Position numbers and translations under genes: made by a program. Shown piece by piece: positions 12,338-24,340 of a stretch of DNA of 64,000 nt; the stretch's first letter is position 1, and each line of letters opens with the position of its first letter. Source of the DNA: Massalongia carnosa (lineage: Eukaryota); contig OZ287072.1 in NCBI GenBank assembly GCA_965645245.1, positions 2,418,001 through 2,482,000 of the forward strand. Reading direction: 5' to 3'. The notes under the pieces are model-generated. The model did not search any database, was not told where the DNA came from, and saw only the letters and a list, made by a program, of their open reading frames with translations.

Positions 12338-13299
12338 AGTGTGATCTATCAATCATGTGAACGATGCATGCCTTCTCGAGCGTACTTCCCGATCCAGACA
12401 ATTCCGAATTCTGCGGTGGTCGTTATGTTAGACTGAATCGAAGTCTGAAACCCGCACGAGCTTCAACTATCCCAGATTGAGCCGATACAGTAGATGTTAA
12501 TAGATCGCTTGATAATTCAGCCATGAGGCGTGCGTTGACGACACATTTAAATAGTCTCCTTCACAATGCAAGATCTTTTTTTCTTGATCATGCTTAAAGT
12601 ACGGTAGCTTCGATCAGTAATGTATTTCACTAGCTTTCTTCTCATGGCTGCGCCGATAACTCACACTTTGCACATGGGGATCGTCATACGAACACATCCA
12701 AAGCGCAACAGGTCGCGGAAGCAAAATACAGACGCCAAGAAGAAATCAATGAGGTCAGGGTTGAAAAGGAGCAGGAAAGGGGGTTTCGAGAGATCTTTCA
12801 AAATCTAGTGTCTCAGCGATGGTTGAACCTAAAAGCACATGTGTTCATACTCATCTCGAGAAGCCCTTGACTGGATTGGCAGCACAGAAGCTAAAGCGAT
12901 CGTCGCAGTTTTCGGCTTGCTGTCTGACGTAAGTCACGGTTCAAGGTCCGAGCATGGAGTCATGAAGATAAATACAAGGAGCCAGCAACTAAGAGAATGA
13001 GGTCAATCGGGAAAGAGGCGTCTGGCGCAGGAAAGTGTATATGGTGTGGAAAGAAAATTGAAAGCAGAGCGAGGCAGACGGAAGATACTGATACACTTGG
13101 AAACCGGCGAGAAGCTATGCTGAGGCGCTTTCCCAGATTAGGAAGGACGCCAAGATCCGGTCTATCAAACACTAGCAAGAAGAGTATTACGTTTAATTGT
13201 TGTCTTTCTTAGACCTAGAATTCTATGTATAGAGAGAGAGAAAAGAAAAGAGAAACACATCGTATCATTCATTAAAGACAAGCGAACCTGTCAATTCAG

Positions 13300-16000
13300 C
13301 AAACTCAGTAAGCTCTTCTCGATCTCCAGACGAAAATACAAAGGGTTAAAGGTATCAAAAAAGGTTTCCTATTTCTTTCGTGATCCCTCGCAAGCGGCAA
13401 GCAGTGCTCCTAAATCTTGTAGAGAACTCTCCATGTATCTCAGGAGATATATTCCACATCGTGCCTGTTTGCTTGCAAAGGGAGATTTAATCTGTTCAGA
13501 CATGAATAGGCAATATCATCAACGTTGCTAATTTTTTGGAGAACTCTAGCTGGAATAACTATACTGCCCGAGACTTCCAATGTTCGAGAGATTCCGAACG
13601 AATCAAAGGCCATGATACACGAACAGGACATGCTGTTACCTTGATGATCTGAATGCTTCGCCTTTGCAATAGTATTCCTTACGACAAGCACGTACCGATG
13701 GAAATTCTCATTGACGGCACTATAGCATAGCTGCAGTCAAGGATATATGCAATCTCCTTTCTCAAAGAGTTGTTGATCTGCTGCTGGCTTTGAATTCGAT
13801 CGAAGAAGTAAATTTTGCAAAACATACTCAAAACTCTGTCGTTTGTAATCGTTTCGCCTGTAGAGGAGATAGAAGTTGATCAGATTGTCATTCAGATATC
13901 GGCTATCACGCGGTCTATCTTGATCCTATCGCTCCACCCAACCGGTCTGGCGGTTGTAGATGAGTCAGGAATACTGATCGAAGCGGAGCGATTGGATTTG
14001 CTGAGACTGAGCAGTACCTTGATCGGAAGGGTCTGGAAAAACATCTCCCCCTTTTCGGTTTCGTTCCATAGCCCATCTTGCAGTATATCGCAGTCACGTG
14101 CCAACGTGAAAACCTGCTGTCGACAAGTTCCCAGCCAAAATCGAGCGCTCTCGCAATAGGTATTGTTTTTTTCTGCGGGAGTTCAGTTAAGCTATGGTTC
14201 ATCTGGTATCTAAGGTTTCAACTTCTTGAGTCAACTCGTTCATGTCTGTTTGCAACTGCTATAACTTGGACCTTATAGCCTCTACAGCTGCCCGAATGAC
14301 AGGATTGGTTTTCTCTTCAACAGGAGGGCAATGAATGAATGCATCATTATCCTTCAGAGTCATCTTTGCAGCCGATAACGAGTCTTGCGCATTCTTAAAG
14401 GTGTTCTTGTTCGTTTCAATTCTTGTCCTTGCATCCTCAAGAACTCGGTAAGACGTTTTAAAGTCATCTAGTTGTTGCGACATTGTCTAATAGGCTTCAA
14501 GCATTTGGCAACGCGATAGGTCGAGCGCACTTGAAGTAAGTCCATTAACCTCGAGTGCGATTTTATCAGGGAATCGGTCTTAATAGATTTTGCTGCTTCA
14601 GAAATTTGCAAAGTGCTGGCGTCATCAGAGATTTCGAGACAAAAGCTTCGGTATTCGTTCAAGCTCTCGAATGTTATTACGTAGGAGACCGAAAGCCTTT
14701 TAGAATAGTCTAGGATTTCCTCCATTTCAAACATATCCTGATCTTGAATAAGCGAATATTCTAGATCGGGACAAATAAATTTTGACGGTCGGACAACAGC
14801 TCGAAATTGTTTTATACTTTAAGCAAACGTAAGCGATTGCAACGAAATTAATAGGAGAACTTACCCTATCAGACATTGACTCCAAGGAATCATCTAAACG
14901 AGAATTTCTTGATAGAATTTTTATTCTGATGTTCCCACCTAATCATTTCTGCGTTTGCGTTTCTTGTATGATCTTGCGACGTTTTTCAAGGTCTGGATGG
15001 CTGGGATATTCGCGGAGATATCGCCATGCTCTCCAGCATTGTCGAGGATTCTAGCCTGACGTTGCTCCTGTTTAAGTTTGTCATTCAATGCTTTCACGTC
15101 CGCCAAGGTCAGTTTCTTCTTATTTCTCTGGCCTGCACGCCGATGTAGATTGCTTCTTCGTTCGTTTAGTATGGCCCGAAGGAGTTCTCTTGCTCTTTCG
15201 AGGCCACATCTACTCGCGCCCAGCACAAGTTGTTCAAGAACGTTTCTGAATAACGGTTTGTCCTCGTACCAGTCCGCGTCTGGAATTAAAGCAAAGAAAC
15301 TCCCCGTGCTGTTGCTATTTTCGACTTTTACGACAAGAGTCGGGTTTTCAACGACTGCGTCTTCTTTAGACTTTTCTCGATTTTGCGAATTTCATATACT
15401 CTCTTTACCTCGGCCTTCCAGGTATGGATAGATTCTGACGAAGGCTCATCACCCCTCTCCAGCTCGAGAAAAAAGTCCCAGACAGCATCAAGCGTCAAAA
15501 TCTAAATGTCATCCTTCTCGATTTCGTATTGAAAGCGTTCTCCAAGAAGTGTTCGTACCGCTCCAGTTTTGCTGCAGGTGAGAGATTACGAGATACCGCT
15601 CGTATTGACCGCTCTATAGTTCAGATTTATAGAGACCACCATTGGCTTTATAATGAACAAATAGTCACTACCCATGCCAACACCAATAGGTTGATCCCAG
15701 GTCTTTCTAATATTGCGAAAAAGCTGTCATATCGTGTAAACGCAGGCCCGCGCATCAATCGCTCAACGCGGTTGTCTAAGGTTGTGGTTTATTACAAATC
15801 CTGTGTCACTTTATAAACCCCTCCATCAATTTTTCTTAACTGTCCCTTAAAAATCGCCATTTCTTCATGCAAGTGAGGATGTAATGCTGCGAATTTTTCA
15901 ATCTCTTCAAGAAGAGTCTTATGATTCTTTATTGAGTAACTCAAGTAATTAATTGCGAAGTCCTGCAAATTACAGTCCGTTAAAGAAAACCGGTTAAAGC
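13300..16000 (-). pseudogene. Degenerate hypothetical gene or genes
   Basis: A chain of protein-like minus-strand ORF pieces (14939-15226, 14468-14734, 14259-14483, 13892-14202) broken by stops and frameshifts. No family recognised and boundaries are approximate. Confidence 0.35.
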
Positions 16001-17423
16001 ATGCCGCAATCTTTCTTTGTGTGTGCGGGTGCGGGTTTCTTTGTCACCCGCGTGACAGTACTCATCCACTCATCCTGCTCTAAAATACGGCAAACTACAA
16101 TTAACTACGCATTCGATTCTGGCTTTTGGATGTGGCGCAGCAGGAGAGAATAGAGAATAATAACAGCTAACGATCGTAGGTTACGGTCGAGAAGTGTTGC
16201 AGAAAGTTGCAAAATAGGTGGTAAAATGGGTGAATTTAAACAAATCCTGAAATTGACTACGCAGACCGCTTTCCCCGACTAGAGGTGGTACACCTCGTAT
16301 GGAGGCAGCTAAGCGAGGCCGACGATTACAAGGCGACTGCTTTCGTTCCCGATAATTTCCTGCTTACAATAGTTACTTCGCTTCGTCATCGCTTACATTT
16401 ACTTAAAGTATATAACAATTTCGAACTGTTTTCGGACCGTCAAAATTTACTTGTTTCGATCTAGAATGTTCCCTTATTCAAGATCAAGATATGTTGAAAT
16501 GGAGGAAATCCTAGGCTATTCTAAAAGGCTTTCGGTCTCCTACGGAATAACATTCGAGAGCTTGAACGAATGCCGAAGCTTTTGACTCACAGCGGGTGTC
16601 AAAAGTTTTTACCTAATGAGGGTAGGTTTTTTAAGCGAAAATCCCCCATGTGCATGAAATTTTTTTTAGATTTCCTCCCCCAATCAACCATGGCACCATC
16701 TACTCCACCACCACAGGCAAAAAAATCCCCTGATGCTGATACCATCATAAAAACCCGCTTTTTTCATGCTATTGATCATCGGCTGGAAAATGTCACCATC
16801 AAAGATGTCTGCGAGCAGGAGAGCATCAAGCTCGATCGAGGAAAATATTGGCTGAAGCAACGCCAGCGCCTTGAAGACGTCGCCTATCGACGACGTTCTC
16901 GTAGCGGTCGACCTAAAAAAGTGAGCACTCAGTTGATAAATCAGATGCTGGATCCACATACAAATAGCGTTCGCGATCAGCCGTACACCGTACAATTGGA
17001 GCACTTTCATATAGATGTAACGCGACGTACACTGCAAAGAGCATTCAGTGCTCGTAAACCTCGTGCCGCCCGATTTTAAAAAGCGAAGGTGAAAACGCTC
17101 AGTCAGAAAAACGAGCGACTACGAGATCTATACGGGAAAGAGCATGAAAATCATACTATTGAGAATTTTTGGCATTACGTTCATTTCACGGCTGAGGCTC
17201 AGTTCGACCCGGATCAAACGTAGCAAGAGCGAGTTCTTCGAGAAGAAGGCACTAGATACGAGTCAGAAAACATGCAAAAGATGCCGGATATGAAGGGGAT
17301 AAAACTGCATGTGGCCGCTTCTATTTCGTGGCATCATAAATGGCCTCTGACGTTTTACAATGACGAGCACGACGCGCCTGAAATTCAGGTTCACAAGCCC
17401 AGAAAACCACGCAAGTCGAAGAA

Positions 17424-17596
17424 TGTCAGGGTCCTGAGGTCACCTGACATCAGACTAGCATCGATTAGGTAATGTGCCGAGGAACCGACTTTTCAGGGGT
17501 TATATAGAACTCCGCCCGAGTAAAGCTTTTAGACTTCGTCTGAAGATTTTGGTGTAGAACTAGGCTATTGAAATTGAACTCGTTTTATCCCTCACA
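17424..17596. mobile_element. Solo LTR (173 bp)
   Basis: TG...CA ends with 5-bp TSD AAGAA (17419-17423 and 17597-17601). Removing it restores the transposase frame KSKNETE. Confidence 0.9.
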
Positions 17597-19489
17597 AAGA
17601 ATGAAACGGAGCATGATCATCGTCAGCGAATAGCTGAATGGGAGGCGTCTCTACCTCACGATATAGAGATTAAATCAAAAGGCAATAGCATGACTCAAGC
17701 TTATTATACGGAGCGTCTGCTTCCCGGCTATATGACTGAAATTCTTAAATTTCGTGTTTTCATGATCGATTTTGCATCTTTCAAGAAGATAACGATCATA
17801 GTCACTGTCATGAAATCGAACCAACCCGATCCAGAATCAATCCCGCAGATGAATCTGACTAGGCTCCCGTTCCTCTATTCAGCTTAGTCAGAATCTCATT
17901 AACTAAATCGAGTTTAGACCCCTCTCAACGGCTTCAGGTCAAAGCTGTACCACCACCATCAAAGCGTACCAACGACAGGAGAACCTCAACTCCATCTTTT
18001 ATCGTCAAAGACCTCGTCAAACCTTCGTGCCGTACGTCTCCTAATAGGGGGAGATGAACACTGATCGAATCTTCATGCAAAGGGGTTCGAGACAAATATA
18101 AAAGGAAGGACAAGTTAATTAGATAGTTGACTCCTTGTCCGACGTCTTGTATAACAATCCATCACCTAGCTACAGCCTTATTAATAAAGACGTCTTGATC
18201 ACCCAATCCAATTCCTAGGAACATTAGTTCAATCCCCTGCCCAGTCCTTGACATTACGTCGGACCTACATCGAAAGGTGCCTTTCATAGCACTAGCCCCT
18301 GTCCCCCCTCATATTCCACCATCATGTCTTCCTCTTCAGAAGAGATGACCGTCCCCCAAAATCCTCTCATCGACGAGAACGTGAAGTTGTTTCAAAACCA
18401 GTTCCAAACCAATCCTGAAGCATTCGTCGCGGAAATACGACGACTTCAAGACGAGGTGGCCCGGTTGCAGGCCGCCCCAGCTCCCGACCCCCCTATACCC
18501 ACTCCAGCATCAACCTCGTCTCCCTCGTCCGTTCCGGCAATGGACCCTCAGATAGCTGCCCTCCTGCAGCTCCTTTTGACCCGGAATTCCGAGTCCAAAA
18601 CCGATCTTCGTTCCGAAAAACTTCCCGACATCTCCGAGTACGATGGAGATGAAGCCAAGTTGGACTCCTGGGAACAGAGCCTGATTCAACGGATGCACGT
18701 TAATCATGATCGATACTCCACCGATGCCTCCAAGATTGCATACGCGGAGAATCGGCTCACCATCGGGAAACGAGCTCACAACCTTATGAATGCGTATCGA
18801 GTGGATGGCATTTGTAGACTCACCACCTTCTCCGAATGGCGTTCTGCTCTTCGCCTAGCCTGCGGCAACCCCTTCGAACAAGAGGATGCCCGTAAGTACC
18901 TTCGAGAAACCCTCAAGCAGGGCTCTCTGAGTTTCGAAGAGTACAACACACTCTTCTCTCAGAAAAAAGACCGATCCAGAATGGAAGACGCTTCGTTGAT
19001 TGATGCCATGAAGGCAAACATCAACTACTCCGTTCAAACCGCGGCCGTCCACTACCGAGTCCCCGGCACCAATCTTGTTGGATACCAACCTATGGCGCTA
19101 GACATTATTATGGTCACGTGTAACAGTAGACCTATTCCGGTATGCGGCACGCATCCTGGACTAGGAGGATTTCAGACCTTAGAAGTAGAGTCATGGAATC
19201 ATTAATATAACAACAATGAATAACCTCATACTTCTACAGGTTATGAGCCCGGCCAGCGCATAAGCTCATTAATCTTCGCTAGCGACAGGCCACAAATACC
19301 CCACACCCCCCAGAGCAAAGCACCTAGAACGAAGAACTTCCTACCCGAAAAGGAGGAATGGTGTGAGGCGGGAGGGTTAAGACCACTTGGCTACCAAAAG
19401 GAGCCAATTCTGAAATGGCGGTGTGGAATCAAGCCAATGCGCCTGACCACCTACCACAATAGATAGGAAGAGTGCTACGCCCACGTACT

Positions 19490-19780
19490 GAAAGGATACG
19501 AAGTAGAACGCTCATATACCAAAGGCTACGAGGCAAACGCTCACATACCAGACGGCTACGAGGCGAAGACGCTCATACGAAGCAGAACGCTCACATACCG
19601 AAGGCTACGAGGCGGAGAACTTGCTCATATACCAAAGGTTACGAAGCGAAGACGCTCACATACCAGACGGCTACGAGGCGAAGACGCTCATACGAAGCAG
19701 AACGCTCACATACCGAAGGCTACGAGGCGGAGAACTTGCTCATATACCAAAGGTTACGAAGCGAAGACGCTCGCATACCA
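19490..19780 (+). repeat. Tandem repeat in the copia 5' leader (about 31-bp subunits, 115-bp higher-order period)
   Basis: Recurrent AAGGCTACGAGGCG..ACGCTCA(C/T)ATACC units. The block at 19551 recurs at 19666. Confidence 0.85.
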
Positions 19781-19852
19781 CAACAGCTACAAGGCAACCC
19801 ACCTTCCTACAACCCAAAGGCGTTGAGAACTCTTCGCCCAAAAAACCACAAA

Positions 19853-20809
19853 ATGTCAGACCGACGAGAAGAGCAGGAGAAGGCTCCCCGCATCATTCTC
19901 CAAGGCTCCGAGAACTATACATTATGGCGATCCTACATTCTGGGAGAGCTCAAGCAGAAGAACTGCGCCTGGGCAGTCACCGGAAAGCCAGAGCCAACGA
20001 AGGAGTCCGTCAGATCGGACATCATAGCCATGGGCTTCAAACCCACCGAAATGACGGCCCAAGCACTCTGGACTGCCCTCTCCACCGAAATTAAAGAGCA
20101 CCGAGCCTCCCTGAGCAAAGCGGAGGGCATCATCAAAAACTCGGTAGCCTCCAAACACCAAGCAGCTATCGAGGGCAAAGAAGCCAAGGAAATGTGGGAA
20201 ACCCTACAAACGAAATTTCAGCACATCTCTCCAATGAGCATCTCGCGACTCATCCTGGAGACCACCAAATTACGACTATCGGACTGCACAGACATTCACG
20301 GATATTGCAGCAAATACCAAGAGGCCTACGACACTGTGTGCGGCCTCATTCCCACAGATTCCGAGATCCCCGCAAAAGGAGCCGAGGTACTCCTGCAGGC
20401 AGGACTGCTCACTGGGATGGGAAACGAATACTCGGGGATCGTCTCTATGATGGAGACAGAGTGGAAAATGGGGAACACAAACATCGCCGAGAGCACTAAA
20501 AAGCTTATCCGGTTTGCAGAAATCAGGAAAGAGAACGACCAAACTCCAGGACAATCCGGCACACCCAAACAATCGGCACTCTTCACCTCCAAACCACCAA
20601 AGCCTAGTAATCGAGCACCCCCGGGGACCTGCACAAACTCAGATTGCATCAAGAAGGGAAATACACAGCACTACACAGACCGTTGTTTCCTGAGATACCC
20701 CGAACTTCGGCCAAAACACTCGCTGCATCAGATGAGAACAAAAGGCTCTAGGCAAAACCTCCAAAGCCAGACAGAGAGCCCTTCCGAGACCCCGTCCCGC
20801 GAAAGTTGA
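19853..20809 (+). CDS. Copia gag
   Basis: ATG at 19853 (MSDRREE), copia gag-like LQGSENYTLW and AKEMWETLQTKF motifs, a Cys/His knuckle, and a TGA end. Confidence 0.88.
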   Translation: MSDRREEQEKAPRIILQGSENYTLWRSYILGELKQKNCAWAVTGKPEPTKESVRSDIIAMGFKPTEMTAQALWTALSTEIKEHRASLSKAEGIIKNSVASKHQAAIEGKEAKEMWETLQTKFQHISPMSISRLILETTKLRLSDCTDIHGYCSKYQEAYDTVCGLIPTDSEIPAKGAEVLLQAGLLTGMGNEYSGIVSMMETEWKMGNTNIAESTKKLIRFAEIRKENDQTPGQSGTPKQSALFTSKPPKPSNRAPPGTCTNSDCIKKGNTQHYTDRCFLRYPELRPKHSLHQMRTKGSRQNLQSQTESPSETPSRES

Positions 20810-23800
20810 CAACCAAAGGTGCTAGCGGTCAAAGGGCCGAGAGACGCTTCCTGGCTGGTTGACAGCGCGGCGGACGTGCACGTGTGCAATGATCGAAGCT
20901 TGATGACTGAGTACCACGAAAAGCCTACCCGGATCGGAGGCTCAACTGCAGATGGGGTTTCACCAGGCCGTGTAAAGGTGCGCCTTCGCCTCAGCCTGAA
21001 AGACGGTCGCGAAGGAGTGATCCTGAACCTGAACAACGTGTTTTTCCTTCCCCACAGTCCTTCTAATCTTGTCAGCCTCGGCCTTCTTAACATTCATGGA
21101 ATTTTCTATGATAATGAGAACGAGACACTCTATGATAGAAGAACAAAGGAAACCCTGGCTTACGCCGAAAGGTGGAGGACCAGCTTCCTTCTTCACCCTC
21201 TCAACCTCTCTGTCTCTGCAACTCATCTAACGCAGATCGACGCCAACACGTACGAGTGGCCACCACACGCCTACAGGACCACCACCTCATCAAAACTACC
21301 TCTCACCACCTGGCACAAACGACTCGGCCACCTCAACTTCCCCTCACTGAAGCAACATCTCCACAAACTGGAGATCGACTACGTGGACGACTCAGAAAAG
21401 TACGTGTGTGACAGCTGCCAACGTGCGAAAGCCACAAAAATCTACAACCGCCACGAGCCTCAGAAACGAGCAAGCGAGTCGTACCAGTTTATACACACAG
21501 ACCTAGTAGGTCCCATCAACCCTGTTGGTTTTGGAGGGGAGAGATACTTCTTCACATTTACGGATGACTTCACGCGATATACCGAAGTGCACACTGGTGC
21601 CCGGAAAAGCGATTGGTTCAAATGTCTTAAGACCTTCTACAACCTCTGCAAAACCAGGTCACACAAGGAGAGACCAGTCGAACGCCTACGTTTAGATTAT
21701 GGATCAGAACTGCAGAGCAAAAGGGTAGAGGAATGGTTTGCGAAGAAGGGCATCACTTTTGAACCCTCAGCACCGTACTCTCAGGAACAAAACGGCGTGT
21801 CAGAACGAATGGGAAGAACCATCATGGATATGACAAGAGCGACAATCCTAGAGGGAAGCCTTGATGACGAGCTGTGGCCTGAAATTGTTCTTGCGATGAC
21901 GTACGTCAAAAATGTTCGTCCCACGAAGGCTTTAGGTGGAGACAACCCCTACCATGCACAGCAGAAAATCCACCCAGATATCCAACACCTCCGAGTGTTA
22001 GGCTCGACAGTGTACGTTCTCCTACACGAAGAGGAACGAGCCTTAAAGTCTGAGAAGTGGAACCCACGAGCCTTACGCGGTATTCTTGTTGGATACGATG
22101 GTCATACAATCTACAGAGTCCACATCCGAGAACAGAACAAAGTCATTCGCATCAAAGATCTCAGAATCTTTGAAGACTACGAGGCCAAGACGTCCACCGA
22201 GCTTCCTGAATACAAAAACACTCCCACCTTCTCAGGTTTCTTACTCTCCGATGACGATGACGAGGCGACGAGCGACACACAGATGTTGGATGTAGGCCGA
22301 AAGTTCAACAATGCAACAGGTGCCAGCGAGTCAACTCCCAGTAAAGTAACCCCTAGGAAGGGCCGAAAGGTCACTACTAGAGATGAAACTACTGGAGCGT
22401 CAAATGAAACTACGGAGACAAGGAAGTCTCGGTCTGGCCGAACGATAAGGCCTACACAAAAGGCTCAAGATCAAGATCTGATAGTACATCTCAGCAAGCT
22501 GCTAGACCTTGACTGGGAACACAGCTCGGAGGAAAAAGCAAACGCGTTCCTGACAAACATCGAATGCGAGGAGGACGGCCATGACGCAGACGACGACCCA
22601 TACACAATCTTGACTTCGAGGCTCATTCAGGCCAACGCCCAAAGTAAAGGAGACTACGTCCTTGCCACCCAATTAGATGTCGAAGAACCTGAGTCATACA
22701 ACAGGGCAATGCAATGCCCCCACGCCTCGCAGTGGGCACAGGCAATGAAAGAAGAAATAGACTCTCTACACGAAAACAAGACCTGGGTTCTCATACCAAA
22801 GAACGAGATGGAGTCAGGTCATCGACCTCTGGGGGGGAAGTGGGTGTACAAGGTCAAGCGTGATGTCGAAGGCAAGGTATCTAGATTCAAAGCCAGATGG
22901 GTTATCAAAGGGTACCTACAACAGTTTGGTGTTGATTTCGATCAAACCTACGCATCCGTGGTGAAGCCAATGGCCTTCAGAACCCTGTTCGCCCTTGCCG
23001 CCTTCTTCGACCTGGACATCGACCAGATGGACGTAAAAACGGCTTTTCTCTATGGCCTCATTGATCAACTGATATATATGGAGATTCCAAAGGGAACTGA
23101 GACAGAAGCCACAAAGAATATGGTTTGCAAACTGTTGAAAGCTATCTACGGCCTCAAACAATCTCCTCGCCTCTGGTACGAACGCTTTTCAGCCTTCCTC
23201 CTCGAGAAAGTAGGCTTGAAACGCATCCACGCAGACCACAGTATATTCGTATCGGGTGCAGGGCTGAAAGGTCCCGTACTCAGCGTCTTCGTAGATGACA
23301 TCAAGATTATGGCGCCAAAGGACAGTGGGATAATCAAGCGAGTCAAAGCAGAACTCACAGCTGCATTCTCTATGTCAGATATGGGTCCCATCAGCTTTTA
23401 CCTAGGACTGAGAATAGATCGGGATCGAAAGCAACGAACCATCAAACTGTCTCAACCGGCCTACATCGAAAAAGTGTTGGAGAGATTCCATCTCGACAAA
23501 GCCAACCCCGTCAACACCCCGATGAAAGAATCTGTGCCACTCTCCCAACGCGAGGAAGGAGAAGCCTCACCACCAGAGAAGGAGAGATACCAAGGAATGA
23601 CGGGGTCCATAATGTTCTCCATGGTAGAGACCAGACCAGATATTGCCTTCGCCACGTCCCTCGTAAGTCGCTTTGCCAAGAACCCGAGCCATCAGCACAC
23701 CGAAGCAGTCAAAACCATCCTCAAATACCTCAAGGGCTCGAAACATCGAGGCATAACCTATGGGGGGGATGAAGAACTGAAAATCGAAGGCTATTCGGAC

Positions 23801-24340
23801 TCGGATTGGGCAGGTGACAAGGACAGCCGGAAGTCAACATCCGGTTTCATCTTTATGCTGAACGGGGGACCGATAAGCTGGTGCTCTAAAAGGCAATTAA
23901 CAGTTGCTCTCTCTTCCACAGAAGCGGAATACATCGCACTCACGCTGGCCGCCAAAGAAGCCACCTGGCTTCGTCTACTCCTCACAGAGCTTGGGGTGTT
24001 GGAAGCGGACCAACAGCATGTTGAGATCAAGGTCTCCAACAAGAACTCGTGCGTACAAGCGATCGACAGAGACCTCAACAGCCTCAAGCCCAGCGACGGA
24101 GACCCCACTGTTTCACTCAAAGGTGACAACCAAGGATCTCTTGCTCTGGCACACAACCCAGTATTCCATGCCAGGACCAAACACATCGATATCCAGCACC
24201 ATTACATCCGAGACGAGGTGGAGGCAAAGAGAATCGAGTTGACCTACGTGCCAACTGGGGAGATGATCGCCGACGGCCTGACGAAGGCCCTAACGCACGC
24301 AAAGTTCCACACCTTTGTCGAACAGATGCAGATGACCTAG
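20810..24340 (+). CDS. Copia pol (protease, integrase, RT, RNase H), in frame with gag
   Basis: Motifs WLVDSAA, WHKRLGH, HTDLVGP, NGVSERMGRT, QMDVKTAFL, VFVDD and GYSDSDWAGD in an uninterrupted ORF. Confidence 0.96.
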   Translation, partial: QPKVLAVKGPRDASWLVDSAADVHVCNDRSLMTEYHEKPTRIGGSTADGVSPGRVKVRLRLSLKDGREGVILNLNNVFFLPHSPSNLVSLGLLNIHGIFYDNENETLYDRRTKETLAYAERWRTSFLLHPLNLSVSATHLTQIDANTYEWPPHAYRTTTSSKLPLTTWHKRLGHLNFPSLKQHLHKLEIDYVDDSEKYVCDSCQRAKATKIYNRHEPQKRASESYQFIHTDLVGPINPVGFGGERYFFTFTDDFTRYTEVHTGARKSDWFKCLKTFYNLCKTRSHKERPVERLRLDYGSELQSKRVEEWFAKKGITFEPSAPYSQEQNGVSERMGRTIMDMTRATILEGSLDDELWPEIVLAMTYVKNVRPTKALGGDNPYHAQQKIHPDIQHLRVLGSTVYVLLHEEERALKSEKWNPRALRGILVGYDGHTIYRVHIREQNKVIRIKDLRIFEDYEAKTSTELPEYKNTPTFSGFLLSDDDDEATSDTQMLDVGRKFNNATGASESTPSKVTPRKGRKVTTRDETTGASNETTETRKSRSGRTIRPTQKAQDQDLIVHLSKLLDLDWEHSSEEKANAFLTNIECEEDGHDADDDPYTILTSRLIQANAQSKGDYVLATQLDVEEPESYNRAMQCPHASQWAQAMKEEIDSLHENKTWVLIPKNEMESGHRPLGGKWVYKVKRDVEGKVSRFKARWVIKGYLQQFGVDFDQTYASVVKPMAFRTLFALAAFFDLDIDQMDVKTAFLYGLIDQLIYMEIPKGTETEATKNMVCKLLKAIYGLKQSPRLWYERFSAFLLEKVGLKRIHADHSIFVSGAGLKGPVLSVFVDDIKIMAPKDSGIIKRVKAELTAAFSMSDMGPISFYLGLRIDRDRKQRTIKLSQPAYIEKVLERFHLDKANPVNTPMKESVPLSQREEGEASPPEKERYQGMTGSIMFSMVETRPDIAFATSLVSRFAKNPSHQHTEAVKTILKYLKGSKHRGITYGGDEELKIEGYSDSDWAGDKDSRKSTSGFIFMLNGGPISWCSKRQLTVALSSTEAEYIALTLAAKEATWLRLLLTELGVLEADQQHVEIKVSNKNSCVQAIDRDLNSLKPSDGDPTVSLKGDNQGSLALAHNPVFHARTKHIDIQHHYIRDEVEAKRIELTYVPTGEMIADGLTKALTHAKFHTFVEQMQMT

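Noticed and set aside
19490..19780. CRISPR-like array
   Set aside because: The units are contiguous and degenerate with no unique spacers, lie inside a copia leader in eukaryotic DNA, and have no cas genes nearby.
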